Positions 18,456-28,591 of a stretch of DNA of 55,336 nt are shown here, piece by piece. The position numbers and the translations under genes are program-made. Where the stretch lies: the NCBI GenBank assembly GCA_050248855.1, contig JBFWRP010000030.1:1-55336 (forward strand), written 5' to 3'. The notes below the pieces were generated by a model. The model did no database searches, had not been told where the DNA came from, and saw nothing but the letters and a program-made list of their open reading frames with translations. How positions within the stretch are numbered: the first letter of the stretch is position 1; each line of letters begins with the position of its first letter. Source of the DNA: Planctomycetota bacterium (GTDB taxonomy: Bacteria > Planctomycetota > PLA2 > JAEUHO01).

Positions 18456-18600
18456 AGCGATAGGCGTGCGTGGGACCCTCCCGGGGCCGCGCGCGCGCCA
18501 ACCAGAACGACGCACGTCTCGATGGCGATGCTCCTGCCGGCCGCGCTTGTGCCGCGCCGGGTGCTAGGCTCCCCGGCGTGGACCGCCATGGGGGTAGCCC

Positions 18601-21420
18601 ATGACTCGACGCGCTTTGTCCTGCGCCGCCATCCTCCTCGCGCTCTGCTTGTCGCGAGCCGACGCCCCCGCCGGCGAGGCCGGTCCGCTGCAGGTGGTGA
18701 TCGAGGCCGTGGTGGACGGCAAGCCCATGGCAGACGCCGGTGTGCGCGTGGTGGCGCTTGCCGCCGATGGACTGCGTCCTGGTCGGAGCGATGCAGCCGC
18801 TTGGCTCGCGGCCTACCGCGAGGTGCGGGCCGATGGCCTGGCTCCCCTCGCATGGACGGATGCCGACGGCAGGGCGTCGATCGGCATGCCTGCGACGGGT
18901 CGATGCCTGGTCGCCGTCGGGGACTCGGAGCTGGCCCAGGTGCGCGTCGTCGAGACGTGGCGCTACGTGGCGGGTGACACGATCGGGTTCAGCCTGCTGT
19001 CCGCACCCGCGCGCGTTCGCACGAGCGAGGCATGGACCGCGGACGGGCCGCAGCTGACGGTCTTGGGCCGGCAGCGCGACGCCTTGCAGGCGCCGGTCTG
19101 GTGTGTTGCAGGCCCCGACGGCGAGGACGTGCACACGCTTCGCTTCGACGGGCTGCCGCCCGGCACCGTCCAAGCGCGCTGGCTGGACCCGCGGCGCGGA
19201 CCGGGCCTCTGGGTCGGCGCTGCCGTGCCGGGCGCGACGCGCCTGGAGAGCGAGGCGTTGCTCACCCAACCGCGCGATGTCCGCGTGCGGGGACCGATCC
19301 GCGCGGCGGATGGCGCACGGTTGCCGGAGGCCACGATCGTACGGCTTGGACGTTCGGGCCCTTGGAGTCGCCCGTTCCCGGTGGAGGCAGACGGCAGCTT
19401 CCGCTGGAGACTCCGTACGGCGGAGGAACTGGACGGCTATCTCGGGGAGCTGACGTATCCGTGGGCGTACGTGGAGGCTCCTGGGTTCGTTCCCTCGCCG
19501 CGAATCTCCCTGCATCCATCCGGACGCCAAGAGCTGGTAACCGCGGGACCGGTCGTGCTGGAGCGGGGGATCCTCGTCGAGGGAAGCGCACCGGATCTGG
19601 TGGGGGCACCCCATCTCGAGCGCTGGCTCGTCGTCCAGGAGGTGACCGAGCCGCCACCCGGCATGGCGAGTGGAGTCGACGCCGATGCACTGGGCGCGGA
19701 CCAGGCCGCTGGCAAGCCGCCGCCGCTCCGCTGGGTGCTGGCCGACGCAGACGGCACCTTCCGCACGTGGCTACTCCCAGGTGCATGGCGGCTGATCGCG
19801 CCGCACTTCCGCACCTACCCCTCGCACCGTCGGCTGCAGCCGTCCGACGAGCCGCCGGACGGGCCGAGCACGGACGTGCGCATCACCGACGTACCGGTTC
19901 GGGACGTCGTGCTTCCTGCCCTCGCGGCGCAGACGCTGGATCCTGCAGCCAAGGAGCGCGTCATCGAGGGACAAGTCGTGGACGAGGCGGGGGACGCGAT
20001 TGCCCATGCGCTGGTCCAGAGCGTTGATGGCGACAGGATCCATGCGACGCGTACGGACGCGCAGGGTCGGTTCCGCCTTCCGGTTGGCCCGGTCAACAAC
20101 CCCGGCGCCGAGCTCCGCGTGACGGGGGCGGCGCACCACCGCTCTTGGGCGCGGCTGGCCGACCTCGGCGACGAGGTCCTGATTCGCCTGCGTCCTGGTG
20201 GAAGTGCCGTGTTGCAGGCCACGTCGTCGGAGGGCGCCGCTCCTGTCGAGCTTCGTGTTCGCCCGGTGAACGCGCCTTCCCGCGCGCGGCGACACGCCGA
20301 CGAGCCCGCGCTGTACGGTCCCGACCCGGATGACTTGGCGTCCTTCGACGACCTCGGACGGGCGTACCTGCGCGGGCTGCGGCCGGGCAGGCACGTCGTG
20401 CTGGTCACCGGCGCCAGGGATGGGATGGAGCGCGTGGAGTTCGACGTCGCAGTCGGCCGGGAGACGCGGGTCGAGCTGCAGCTGGACGCGCCGCGGCACC
20501 TGATTCCCCTCGGGGGGCACATCGACGTCGTGAAGCACCCCGCCGACGCGGTCGTCGTCTCCGAGCGGGACGGCTCGTGGCACCCCGTCGTGCAGGGCGA
20601 CTACCGGCTGCCGAGCGGTGAGATCGCCATGCTCCAGCCCGACGCCGAGATCCCGCTCCACCACAGCGTACTCGCCGAGCGAGGTGGTCGCCTCTGGATC
20701 TCGCGGCAGGCTGACTCCCGCGACGGCCGATCGTCGACGCTGGTCCCGTACGAGCGGGAGCCCGGCGAAGTCGTCCTGCGGCTCGAAGACGATGCAGGCT
20801 ACCCGCTGTTCCCCACGGAGATGGTGCTGCTGGTCGACGTCGCGCGGATGGCCGACCCGGGCACGCCGGGGACCGGCGTCCGACGGGTGGGCGAGCGGAT
20901 CAGTCGCTTCGGCGCGCGGATCGTGCACGTCGGGCGCATCAGCCTGATCGATCTGCGTCGCTCGCTGCGTGCGGCCCAGAGCGCGGTGCCTGCGCCCCCC
21001 GTCGGCGGAATCACGATCGCTTCGAGCTACGAGCTGATCGTCGTGCGCGCGAAGGGTATCGACGGGCGCGATGCCCGCATCCTCCCGCGTGTCGTCCCGC
21101 TCGAGAGCACACAGGCGGTCCGCCTGGAGCGGGCCCCGAGACTGGCCGTTTCGGTTCGCGATGCGGAGGGGCCGGTCGGCGGCGTGGCACTCGATGTCGC
21201 CTACGACTTCGGCGCCGAGATCACGTGGCGGTACAGGTCCGCTCCCTCCGAGAGCCTCGGCACCGATCGCTTCGGCCTCGCCGTGCTGCCGCCTCCGCTC
21301 CCGGGTGCCAGGATGCTCCTGCGCGTCACCGTGCCACCCGGCTACCGCGCCCCAGAAGCGCTCATCGAGGTCCCGTCGGATGCGAAGTCCCCACTCCTGA
21401 TCCAGTTGGAGAAGGAGTGA
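18601..21420 (+). CDS. Secreted carboxypeptidase-regulatory-like domain repeat protein
   Basis: Signal peptide; repeats IEGQVVDEAGDAIAHALV...TDAQGRF, ADADGTF and GLRPGRH. Confidence 0.8.
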   Translation: MTRRALSCAAILLALCLSRADAPAGEAGPLQVVIEAVVDGKPMADAGVRVVALAADGLRPGRSDAAAWLAAYREVRADGLAPLAWTDADGRASIGMPATGRCLVAVGDSELAQVRVVETWRYVAGDTIGFSLLSAPARVRTSEAWTADGPQLTVLGRQRDALQAPVWCVAGPDGEDVHTLRFDGLPPGTVQARWLDPRRGPGLWVGAAVPGATRLESEALLTQPRDVRVRGPIRAADGARLPEATIVRLGRSGPWSRPFPVEADGSFRWRLRTAEELDGYLGELTYPWAYVEAPGFVPSPRISLHPSGRQELVTAGPVVLERGILVEGSAPDLVGAPHLERWLVVQEVTEPPPGMASGVDADALGADQAAGKPPPLRWVLADADGTFRTWLLPGAWRLIAPHFRTYPSHRRLQPSDEPPDGPSTDVRITDVPVRDVVLPALAAQTLDPAAKERVIEGQVVDEAGDAIAHALVQSVDGDRIHATRTDAQGRFRLPVGPVNNPGAELRVTGAAHHRSWARLADLGDEVLIRLRPGGSAVLQATSSEGAAPVELRVRPVNAPSRARRHADEPALYGPDPDDLASFDDLGRAYLRGLRPGRHVVLVTGARDGMERVEFDVAVGRETRVELQLDAPRHLIPLGGHIDVVKHPADAVVVSERDGSWHPVVQGDYRLPSGEIAMLQPDAEIPLHHSVLAERGGRLWISRQADSRDGRSSTLVPYEREPGEVVLRLEDDAGYPLFPTEMVLLVDVARMADPGTPGTGVRRVGERISRFGARIVHVGRISLIDLRRSLRAAQSAVPAPPVGGITIASSYELIVVRAKGIDGRDARILPRVVPLESTQAVRLERAPRLAVSVRDAEGPVGGVALDVAYDFGAEITWRYRSAPSESLGTDRFGLAVLPPPLPGARMLLRVTVPPGYRAPEALIEVPSDAKSPLLIQLEKE

Positions 21421-22741
21421 ATCGAGCGAGTGCCCGAACTGCACCCGCCAGGTAGAGGCTGCCGGTGACGAGGGCGACGCCGTGTGGGCTCGCGAGGCGG
21501 CGGGCGCGTGCGTACGCGGTTGCGGGGTCGGCAACGCGCTCGACGGCGCGGTTGGAGAGGCGTTCGATCACGCCGGCCGTCTCCCGGGCGGGGCGGGCGC
21601 GGGGGCTCTGGACCTGCGTCGCGATGACGTGCGTGGCCCAGGCCGCGAGCGGGGCGAGGATGCCGCTGGCGTCCTTCTCCTTGAGCAGGGCCACGACGAG
21701 CACGCGCGGGCGCTCGTCGGGGAAGGCTTCGGCCATCGTGGCGGCGACGGCCGCTGCGGAGGAGGTCGTGTGCGCGCCGTCCACGACCACCCGCGGATCG
21801 CGCGCGACGGTCTCCAGGACCGCCGGCAGCTTGGCGTCGGCGAACGCGTCGTCGAGCTCGCCCGGCGAGAGGCCCATGTCACGCAGCGCCTCGTAGGCGA
21901 GCACGGCGTTCTCGGCGACGGGGCGACCGGCGGCGGGCAGGTCCAGCACGACCTCGCCGTCGCGGGTGCGCAGCCAGGCACGCCCGCGGGCGCCGGGCAG
22001 CACCTCGTGGCGCAGCACGGTGAAGTCGCGGCCGCGCAGGCGGCAGGGCGCACCGCGCTCGTGGGCGATGGCCTCGATCACGTCGGCTGCCTTGCCCTGC
22101 GCACCGACGACCACGGGAACACCCGGCTTCACGATGCCGGCCTTCTCGCGGGCGATGGCCTCGACCGTGTCGCCCAGCAGGCGCGTGTGCTCGAGCTCGA
22201 TGTGGGTGATGACGGTGGACCTCGGCGCGACGACGTTCGTGGCATCCAGGCGGCCCCCCAGGCCGACCTCCAGCGCCACCGACCGCGTGCCGGCGGCCCG
22301 GAACGCGATCCAGGCCATGGCCATCGTGACCTCGAAGAAGGTCGCCGCTTGGCGCGTGCCCAGGCGCCTGGCTAGGTGGGGGCGCAGCGTCTCGGCCGCG
22401 CCGACCAGCGTCTCGTCGTCGATGCGGACGCCGTCGAGCGCGATGCGCTCGGCGAGGTCCTCGAGATGCGGCGACGTGAAAAGACCGACCGGGCCGCGGC
22501 CTGCGCGCTTCAGGGCATGCGCCGCCAAGCGCACCGTGGTGCCCTTGCCCTTGGAGCCGGCGACGTGGAGCACGTCCCCGCAGGCGTCCTGCGGGTCGCC
22601 GAGGTCGGCGAGCAAGCGGCGCACGCGGTCCAGGTCGAAGCTGGCGCGCACGCCGCGCAGCGGCAGGCGTTCCTCGTAGTTGGTCGCCGCCGCCAGCATG
22701 CGGGCGAGGTCGGCGCGGGTCCGGAGCACGGGGGGGAGCAC
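21362..22741 (-). CDS. folC: Folylpolyglutamate synthase/dihydrofolate synthase
   Basis: HVAGSKGKG, FTSPHL, TFFE, EVGLGGRLDATNV, EKAGI, DGAH and TGSLYL. Start approximate. Confidence 0.95.
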   Translation of the reverse strand: MLPPVLRTRADLARMLAAATNYEERLPLRGVRASFDLDRVRRLLADLGDPQDACGDVLHVAGSKGKGTTVRLAAHALKRAGRGPVGLFTSPHLEDLAERIALDGVRIDDETLVGAAETLRPHLARRLGTRQAATFFEVTMAMAWIAFRAAGTRSVALEVGLGGRLDATNVVAPRSTVITHIELEHTRLLGDTVEAIAREKAGIVKPGVPVVVGAQGKAADVIEAIAHERGAPCRLRGRDFTVLRHEVLPGARGRAWLRTRDGEVVLDLPAAGRPVAENAVLAYEALRDMGLSPGELDDAFADAKLPAVLETVARDPRVVVDGAHTTSSAAAVAATMAEAFPDERPRVLVVALLKEKDASGILAPLAAWATHVIATQVQSPRARPARETAGVIERLSNRAVERVADPATAYARARRLASPHGVALVTGSLYLAGAVRALARFTPSPTGSGVGTSHPTGPR

Positions 22742-22877
22742 GGCCGGGAACGCTACCGCTTGCTTGCCGCCGCGTCCCTTCCGCGGTGGGGCCGCAGCCC
22801 GGTAGCCGTCATCCGCGTGGTAGCCTACGGCGCTCGCGACCCGCCCGGTTCCGACCCGAACGGAACCCGAGACCACC

Positions 22878-24413
22878 ATGCTCGACGATCTCAAGAAGAC
22901 CGCGGCAAGCGGCAGCGCCCGCGAGCGATTCCGCCTCTCCATCGTGGTGGCCCTCTGCCTCCTGGCAGGCGGTGCCATCTATGCGGCGACGATGATGGGC
23001 AGCAAGGCCAACGAGCGGCGTGAGTCGCTCGGCGCCGACTCCGAGACCCGCCTCGTCACGCCCGCGCGGCCGTTCGAGGTGGACAAGGCGGCGCTGGCCG
23101 AGGAGGCCGGCGCCGACGAGCCCTTCCGCTGGTCGGCGGCGGCGCTACGCCGCATCGACGACGCGGTGAAGGGGCACGTCGACCTGCCCGACGACGGCGG
23201 TCCGGTCGACGTGTCGGCGCTCCTGGCCCGTCCCTTCGACACGCTGCGCGGCGAGGTCGTGCAGGTGCGGGGCGAGGTCGTCGCCCTGTCCCAGGAGGGC
23301 TTCCACTTCGACGGGCGACCCGTGGGCCCGCGGGACGAGCCCACGCGCATCCTGCAGATCGCGGTGTTGCGCGGCGACGAAGGCGGCCACGTGGTCCTCG
23401 CGCGGCCGATCCTGCGCGACGAGGTCCTGCCCGGCCGACCGTTCCGCTACGAGCGCGACAGCGGCGTCCCGCGCTTCCTGCAGGTCGGCGACCGCGCGCG
23501 CGCCCGCGGCGTCGTCGTCCAGACGCGCACGGGCACGTTCGACGACGTGGCCGTCGCTAGTCCGGCGCCCGTGCTCTACGCGCTTCGCTTTCGCTCCGAC
23601 TTCCCGCCCGACCAGCGCCCCTCGGTGCTCGAGGACCACCGGGAGGCCGACTGGGAAGATGTCCGCGATCGCACGTTCGTCGAAACGCGCCAGTGGGACG
23701 AGCCGGCGCTGTTCCAGGCCGTCCGCTGGGCGCGCAGCGTGGGTGCCGACGAGATCGCCGCACGCATCCGCGACGGGCGCATGCCGTGGACGGAGTGGGA
23801 CAAGGAGACGTTCGAGCGCTGGGGCCAAGAGGTCGAGTGGACCGAGGACGACCGCCCCTTCACCGACGGGGCCCGGGGACGGCTGTTCCGACTCGACGCG
23901 CTGATCGCGGACGTGATCCACCAGAGCTGGGCGCAGATCCCGGCCAACCGCGAAGGCATCGACGACCTCGTCGTCTGGGACGTGATGGCCGACGACTACT
24001 TCAACGTGGTCATCCGCACCTATGTCCCTTTCCCGACCGACGCGTTCCCGCCGGTCCTGGGCAAGCGCAAGGAGCATGTGCGGCTGTTCGGCCTGTTCGT
24101 GAAGAACTGGACCTACGAGCTGAAGCACCCCGATCGCGAGCGCAACCGGCCGCGGCAAGTGAGCGTGCCCACGTTCGTCGTGCTCTACGCCGAGCCGCAC
24201 CCGGAGGGCGCCGACAGCGACCTGCCGGCGGCCATGCGCTGGGTGGCCGGCGCCATGCTCCTGCTCGGGCTGCTGTTCTACCTCGTGGTGGTGCGGACCG
24301 GACGGCGTGCCGAGCGCCGTCAAGAGGAGCACCGCGCCCAGCTGCGCCAACGCCGACGGCATCAGGACGCCGGCGACATGCCCCCCGACGACGACGGAGC
24401 CGCGGGCGGATGA
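22878..24413 (+). CDS. Hypothetical membrane-anchored protein with N- and C-terminal TM helices
   Basis: 511-aa ORF with strong codon bias; stop overlaps the aroB start (ATGA). Confidence 0.8.
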   Translation: MLDDLKKTAASGSARERFRLSIVVALCLLAGGAIYAATMMGSKANERRESLGADSETRLVTPARPFEVDKAALAEEAGADEPFRWSAAALRRIDDAVKGHVDLPDDGGPVDVSALLARPFDTLRGEVVQVRGEVVALSQEGFHFDGRPVGPRDEPTRILQIAVLRGDEGGHVVLARPILRDEVLPGRPFRYERDSGVPRFLQVGDRARARGVVVQTRTGTFDDVAVASPAPVLYALRFRSDFPPDQRPSVLEDHREADWEDVRDRTFVETRQWDEPALFQAVRWARSVGADEIAARIRDGRMPWTEWDKETFERWGQEVEWTEDDRPFTDGARGRLFRLDALIADVIHQSWAQIPANREGIDDLVVWDVMADDYFNVVIRTYVPFPTDAFPPVLGKRKEHVRLFGLFVKNWTYELKHPDRERNRPRQVSVPTFVVLYAEPHPEGADSDLPAAMRWVAGAMLLLGLLFYLVVVRTGRRAERRQEEHRAQLRQRRRHQDAGDMPPDDDGAAGG

Positions 24414-25468
24414 TCCGCCTGGTCACGCCGCTGGGCACCACGGAGATGGTGGTGGGCGTCGGCGTGAGACGCGACGTCGTGACACGCGCACGGGCGGTGG
24501 CCCCGCGGGCTCGGCGCGTGGGCTATGTCGTGGACGAGCGCGTGGACGGGCTCTGGCCCACACCGACCTGGCCGGACGACCTGGAGCCGGTCGTGGTCCG
24601 GCTTCCCGCGGGCGAGGCGGCCAAGCAGCGGGAGGTCCTGGCGGGGGTGCAGGATGCGCTGCTCGACCTGCGACGCGACGAGCCCGTGATCGTGCGAGGT
24701 GGGGGGGCCGCGCTCGACGTGGGGGGCTTGGCCGCAGCCACGGTGCGCCGGGGGCTACCGTGGATTGCCGTGCCCACGACGGTCGTCGCCATGGCCGATG
24801 CGGCGCTCGGCGGCAAGACGGCCGTCAACCACCCACGTGGCAAGAACCTGCTCGGTGTGTTCCATCCGCCTGCCCACGTACTCGCGGACGTGGACCATCT
24901 GGCCACGCTGCCCGAACGCGAGATCCGTGCCGGGCTGGCCGAGGTCTACAAGTGCGCGCGCCTCGGTGCCCCGGGCCTGCATCGCCTGCTTGCGGGCGGC
25001 GTGCCGCGCGACGCCAAGTCGTGGGTCGCGGTGCTGGAGGCCTCCGCACGCCTGAAGGCCGACGTCGTGGCGCAGGACGAGCGCGACCACGGCGTGCGTC
25101 GTCGCCTCAACTACGGCCACACCGTCGGCCACGCGCTGGAGCGGGTCTTGGGCCCGGAGCGGATGCGCCACGGCGAAGCGGTGGCGATGGGCATGGTCGT
25201 GGCCGCGGCCCTCGCCGTGCGCCGCGGGCTCTTGCCGGCAGGCGATGCCGTGCGCCAGCGCGAGGACCTGGAGCGGCTCGGCTTGCCGGTGCGCTTGTCG
25301 ACTTCCGTGGCTGCTGCGGATGTCCTTGCCGCGATCGCCGAGGACAAGAAGCGCACGGACGACGCGAGGCACACCTTCGTGCTCCCCATCGCCCCCGACG
25401 ACGTCCGCATCGTCGACGACGTCACCGACGACGAGATCACCACCGCCCTCGCCGCGATTGCGCCCTGA
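24410..25468 (+). CDS. aroB: 3-dehydroquinate synthase
   Basis: GE.AK, GGG..LD, VPTT..AMADAALGGKTAVN, LNYGHTVGHALE and HGEAV. Confidence 0.95.
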   Translation: MIRLVTPLGTTEMVVGVGVRRDVVTRARAVAPRARRVGYVVDERVDGLWPTPTWPDDLEPVVVRLPAGEAAKQREVLAGVQDALLDLRRDEPVIVRGGGAALDVGGLAAATVRRGLPWIAVPTTVVAMADAALGGKTAVNHPRGKNLLGVFHPPAHVLADVDHLATLPEREIRAGLAEVYKCARLGAPGLHRLLAGGVPRDAKSWVAVLEASARLKADVVAQDERDHGVRRRLNYGHTVGHALERVLGPERMRHGEAVAMGMVVAAALAVRRGLLPAGDAVRQREDLERLGLPVRLSTSVAAADVLAAIAEDKKRTDDARHTFVLPIAPDDVRIVDDVTDDEITTALAAIAP

Positions 25469-25528
25469 TCGCGCGTGTCGGGCGGCGCGGAGGCGGGAGA
25501 GCCTCCCGAGACTCGGCAAAGGCCGTAC

Positions 25529-25620
25529 GGAGGCGGGGATTCCTTCCGCAGCTTGCCGATGGATCCTGCCCATGCGGTCGAGCAAGGCGGCAAGCTGCGG
25601 AAGAATTCCCCGCCACCTCC
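25529..25620. repeat. Long inverted repeat between convergent genes
   Basis: CTTCCGCAGCTTGCCG / CGGCAAGCTGCGGAAG form a perfect 16-bp core, extended by GGCGGGG / CCCCGCC. Confidence 0.8.
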
Positions 25621-25662
25621 CTCGACGTCCGCAAGCCGGACCAAGTTGCGTACGCCACACAT

Positions 25663-25764
25663 CGGGTCGCCAGGGCGACGGTAGCGCGCCAGCATCGGCG
25701 ACGCCGCGTGGTCTGTTCACGTCAGGAGCCGATGCTGGTGCGGGACCGAGCATCTGGCGAGCCG
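25663..25764 (+). repeat. 102-bp hairpin element A, copy 1
   Basis: CGGGTCGCCAGGGCGACGGTAGCGCG...GGGACCGAGCATCTGGCGAGCCG; other copies at 36402-36578 and 50489-50590. Confidence 0.9.
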
Positions 25765-25793
25765 CCTGCCCGCACGCCAAGCAACGATCGAAT

Positions 25794-26567
25794 CTACTGC
25801 CCCAGCTCCTTGCGCCAGGCGTCTTGGTCGCGGACGAACTGCTGGAGGTGCATGCGGTCGTCGTCGGAGATCTCGCCGTAGTGGACGCGGGCCGTGAGGC
25901 TGCTGCCGTCGTCGTCGGTCTGCTCGCTGACCTCGACCACGCTCCCGAGCATCTCGAAGTAGTGGTCCTTCACGGCAAAGGGCTGGCGGAACTTCATCTT
26001 GAGGTCCGCGCCCGACTTCAGGAACGCCTGCACGGGATCGCCCGCGAGCGGTCCCTCGGCCGTGTAGCGGAACAGCAGGCCGTCTTCGTACAAGGTCACG
26101 ATGCGACCGACCTGGTTGGGGGCATCCTCGTCGGCGTCGCCGCCCGCCGGACGGAACAGGATCGGGACGCTGCCCGTGAGGGACTCGTCCTGCTCGCCGG
26201 CTTCCAGGTCGAGCTCGCCGATGTCCAGGCCCTGCTTGAAGTGCATCAACGCCGACTCCACCGAGTCGAAGATGCGGAAGAGGGCGTCCAGGCCCAGCGT
26301 GCCCAGCGTCTTCTTCACGAACTTGCTGGGGCGGGCCAGCAGCATGTCGCCACCCTGGGCCGTGAGGCGCTTGCGCGTCTTGATCAGGTAGCCGAGGGCG
26401 GCCGAGTTGATGAACTTCAGCAAGTGGCAATCGAGGATCAGCCTCTGATCGCCGCCGTCGATCATCTGGTCGATGTGCTCGCTGAAGCTGGGCAGGTTGA
26501 AGGAGTCGAACTCCCCGACGAACCTGAGGATGAGGACGTCTTCGTAGCGGCGCTTCTCGAGCTTCAT
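25794..26567 (-). CDS. STAS (anti-anti-sigma) domain protein with PilZ-like C-terminal domain
   Basis: GEFD...LILDC..LKFINSAALG.L...GG.M.L...F.IFDSVESAL; C-terminal G.VV...V.Y..IS..DR..L.QFV; RBS GGAGGGAG. Confidence 0.85.
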   Translation of the reverse strand: MKLEKRRYEDVLILRFVGEFDSFNLPSFSEHIDQMIDGGDQRLILDCHLLKFINSAALGYLIKTRKRLTAQGGDMLLARPSKFVKKTLGTLGLDALFRIFDSVESALMHFKQGLDIGELDLEAGEQDESLTGSVPILFRPAGGDADEDAPNQVGRIVTLYEDGLLFRYTAEGPLAGDPVQAFLKSGADLKMKFRQPFAVKDHYFEMLGSVVEVSEQTDDDGSSLTARVHYGEISDDDRMHLQQFVRDQDAWRKELGQ

Positions 26568-26692
26568 GCTGCTCCCTCCCGATCGCGAGCCCCCCGGCGG
26601 GCCCCGGGGTCGCGGCATGCTACCCGCGACGGCCCGTCCCCGCGCCTCCCATCGGGGCCTTGCGGCCTCCAGGCCCGGGTCCGCAGCCGCGT

Positions 26693-27694
<1,002 letters not shown>

Positions 27695-27714
27695 GGCGTC
27701 CTCCCGACTCGTGA

Positions 27715-28512
27715 TCACTCTACGGTGAAGCGGAACAAGTCCGCCGCGACCTGGCTCGTGCGACGCGCGACCTCGTCGGGCTCGAGGCCATGCAGCGCCG
27801 CCAGGGCAGCCGCCGTATGCGCGACGTAGGCGGGCTCGTTGCGCTTGCCGCGCCAGGGGACCGGCGCCAGGAACGGCGCGTCGGTCTCGACCATCGTGCG
27901 GTCCAGCGGCACCACGCGCGCCGCCTCGCGCACGTTCTCGCCCTTGGGAAACGTGAGGATGCCCGCGAACGACACGACGAAGCCGCGGTCGAGGTAGCGC
28001 CGCGCATGCTCGGGCCCGCCCGTGTAGCAGTGGATGACGCCGCGCAAGCCTGCGTGGCGGCCGATGACCGTGTCCACGTCGTCGTAGGCCGTCGTGCGTC
28101 CGTCGCGATCGCGGATGTGGACGATCACGGGGAGGTCGTGGGCCAGGGCCAGCTCGCATTGGGCGTGGAAGGCCCGGCGCTGGACGTCGGGGTCCGTCGA
28201 GTCGCGGTAGTAGTCGAGCCCCGTCTCGCCGACGGCGACGTAGCCGCCCTCGGCAAGGAGGGCCTCGAGCTCGACCAGGGCCTCGCCGAGCGCTTCGGGC
28301 AGGTCGTTGGGATGGAGGCCGGCGGTGGGCACGAGGCGCGGGGAGGTCGCGGCCAGCGCCTTCGTACGCCGCGCGTCCTCCACCGTGGTCGCCACGACCA
28401 CGGCGCGGGCCACGTGGGCGGCCTCCATCCGCGCCAGCACGGCCGGCACGTCGCCCTCGAAGTCGGGCCACGTCAGGTGGCAGTGCGAGTCGACGAGCGG
28501 GGCCGGGGGCAT
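27715..28512 (-). CDS. tatD: TatD family hydrolase
   Basis: DSHCHL, GLHP, VGETGLDY, HCY, ETDAPFL and RGKRNEP. Confidence 0.95.
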   Translation of the reverse strand: MPPAPLVDSHCHLTWPDFEGDVPAVLARMEAAHVARAVVVATTVEDARRTKALAATSPRLVPTAGLHPNDLPEALGEALVELEALLAEGGYVAVGETGLDYYRDSTDPDVQRRAFHAQCELALAHDLPVIVHIRDRDGRTTAYDDVDTVIGRHAGLRGVIHCYTGGPEHARRYLDRGFVVSFAGILTFPKGENVREAARVVPLDRTMVETDAPFLAPVPWRGKRNEPAYVAHTAAALAALHGLEPDEVARRTSQVAADLFRFTVE

Positions 28513-28591
28513 CCGGGGGAGCCTACCGGTCGGAGGGGCATCAGGGGGGTGGGGGCTAGACTGCCCCTCCCCGAGCCCGAGGAGTTCCCGG

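Noticed and set aside
21362..21420. 59-nt convergent overlap of folC with the neighbouring gene
   Set aside because: Short 3' overlaps are common in GC-rich genomes; no further signal.
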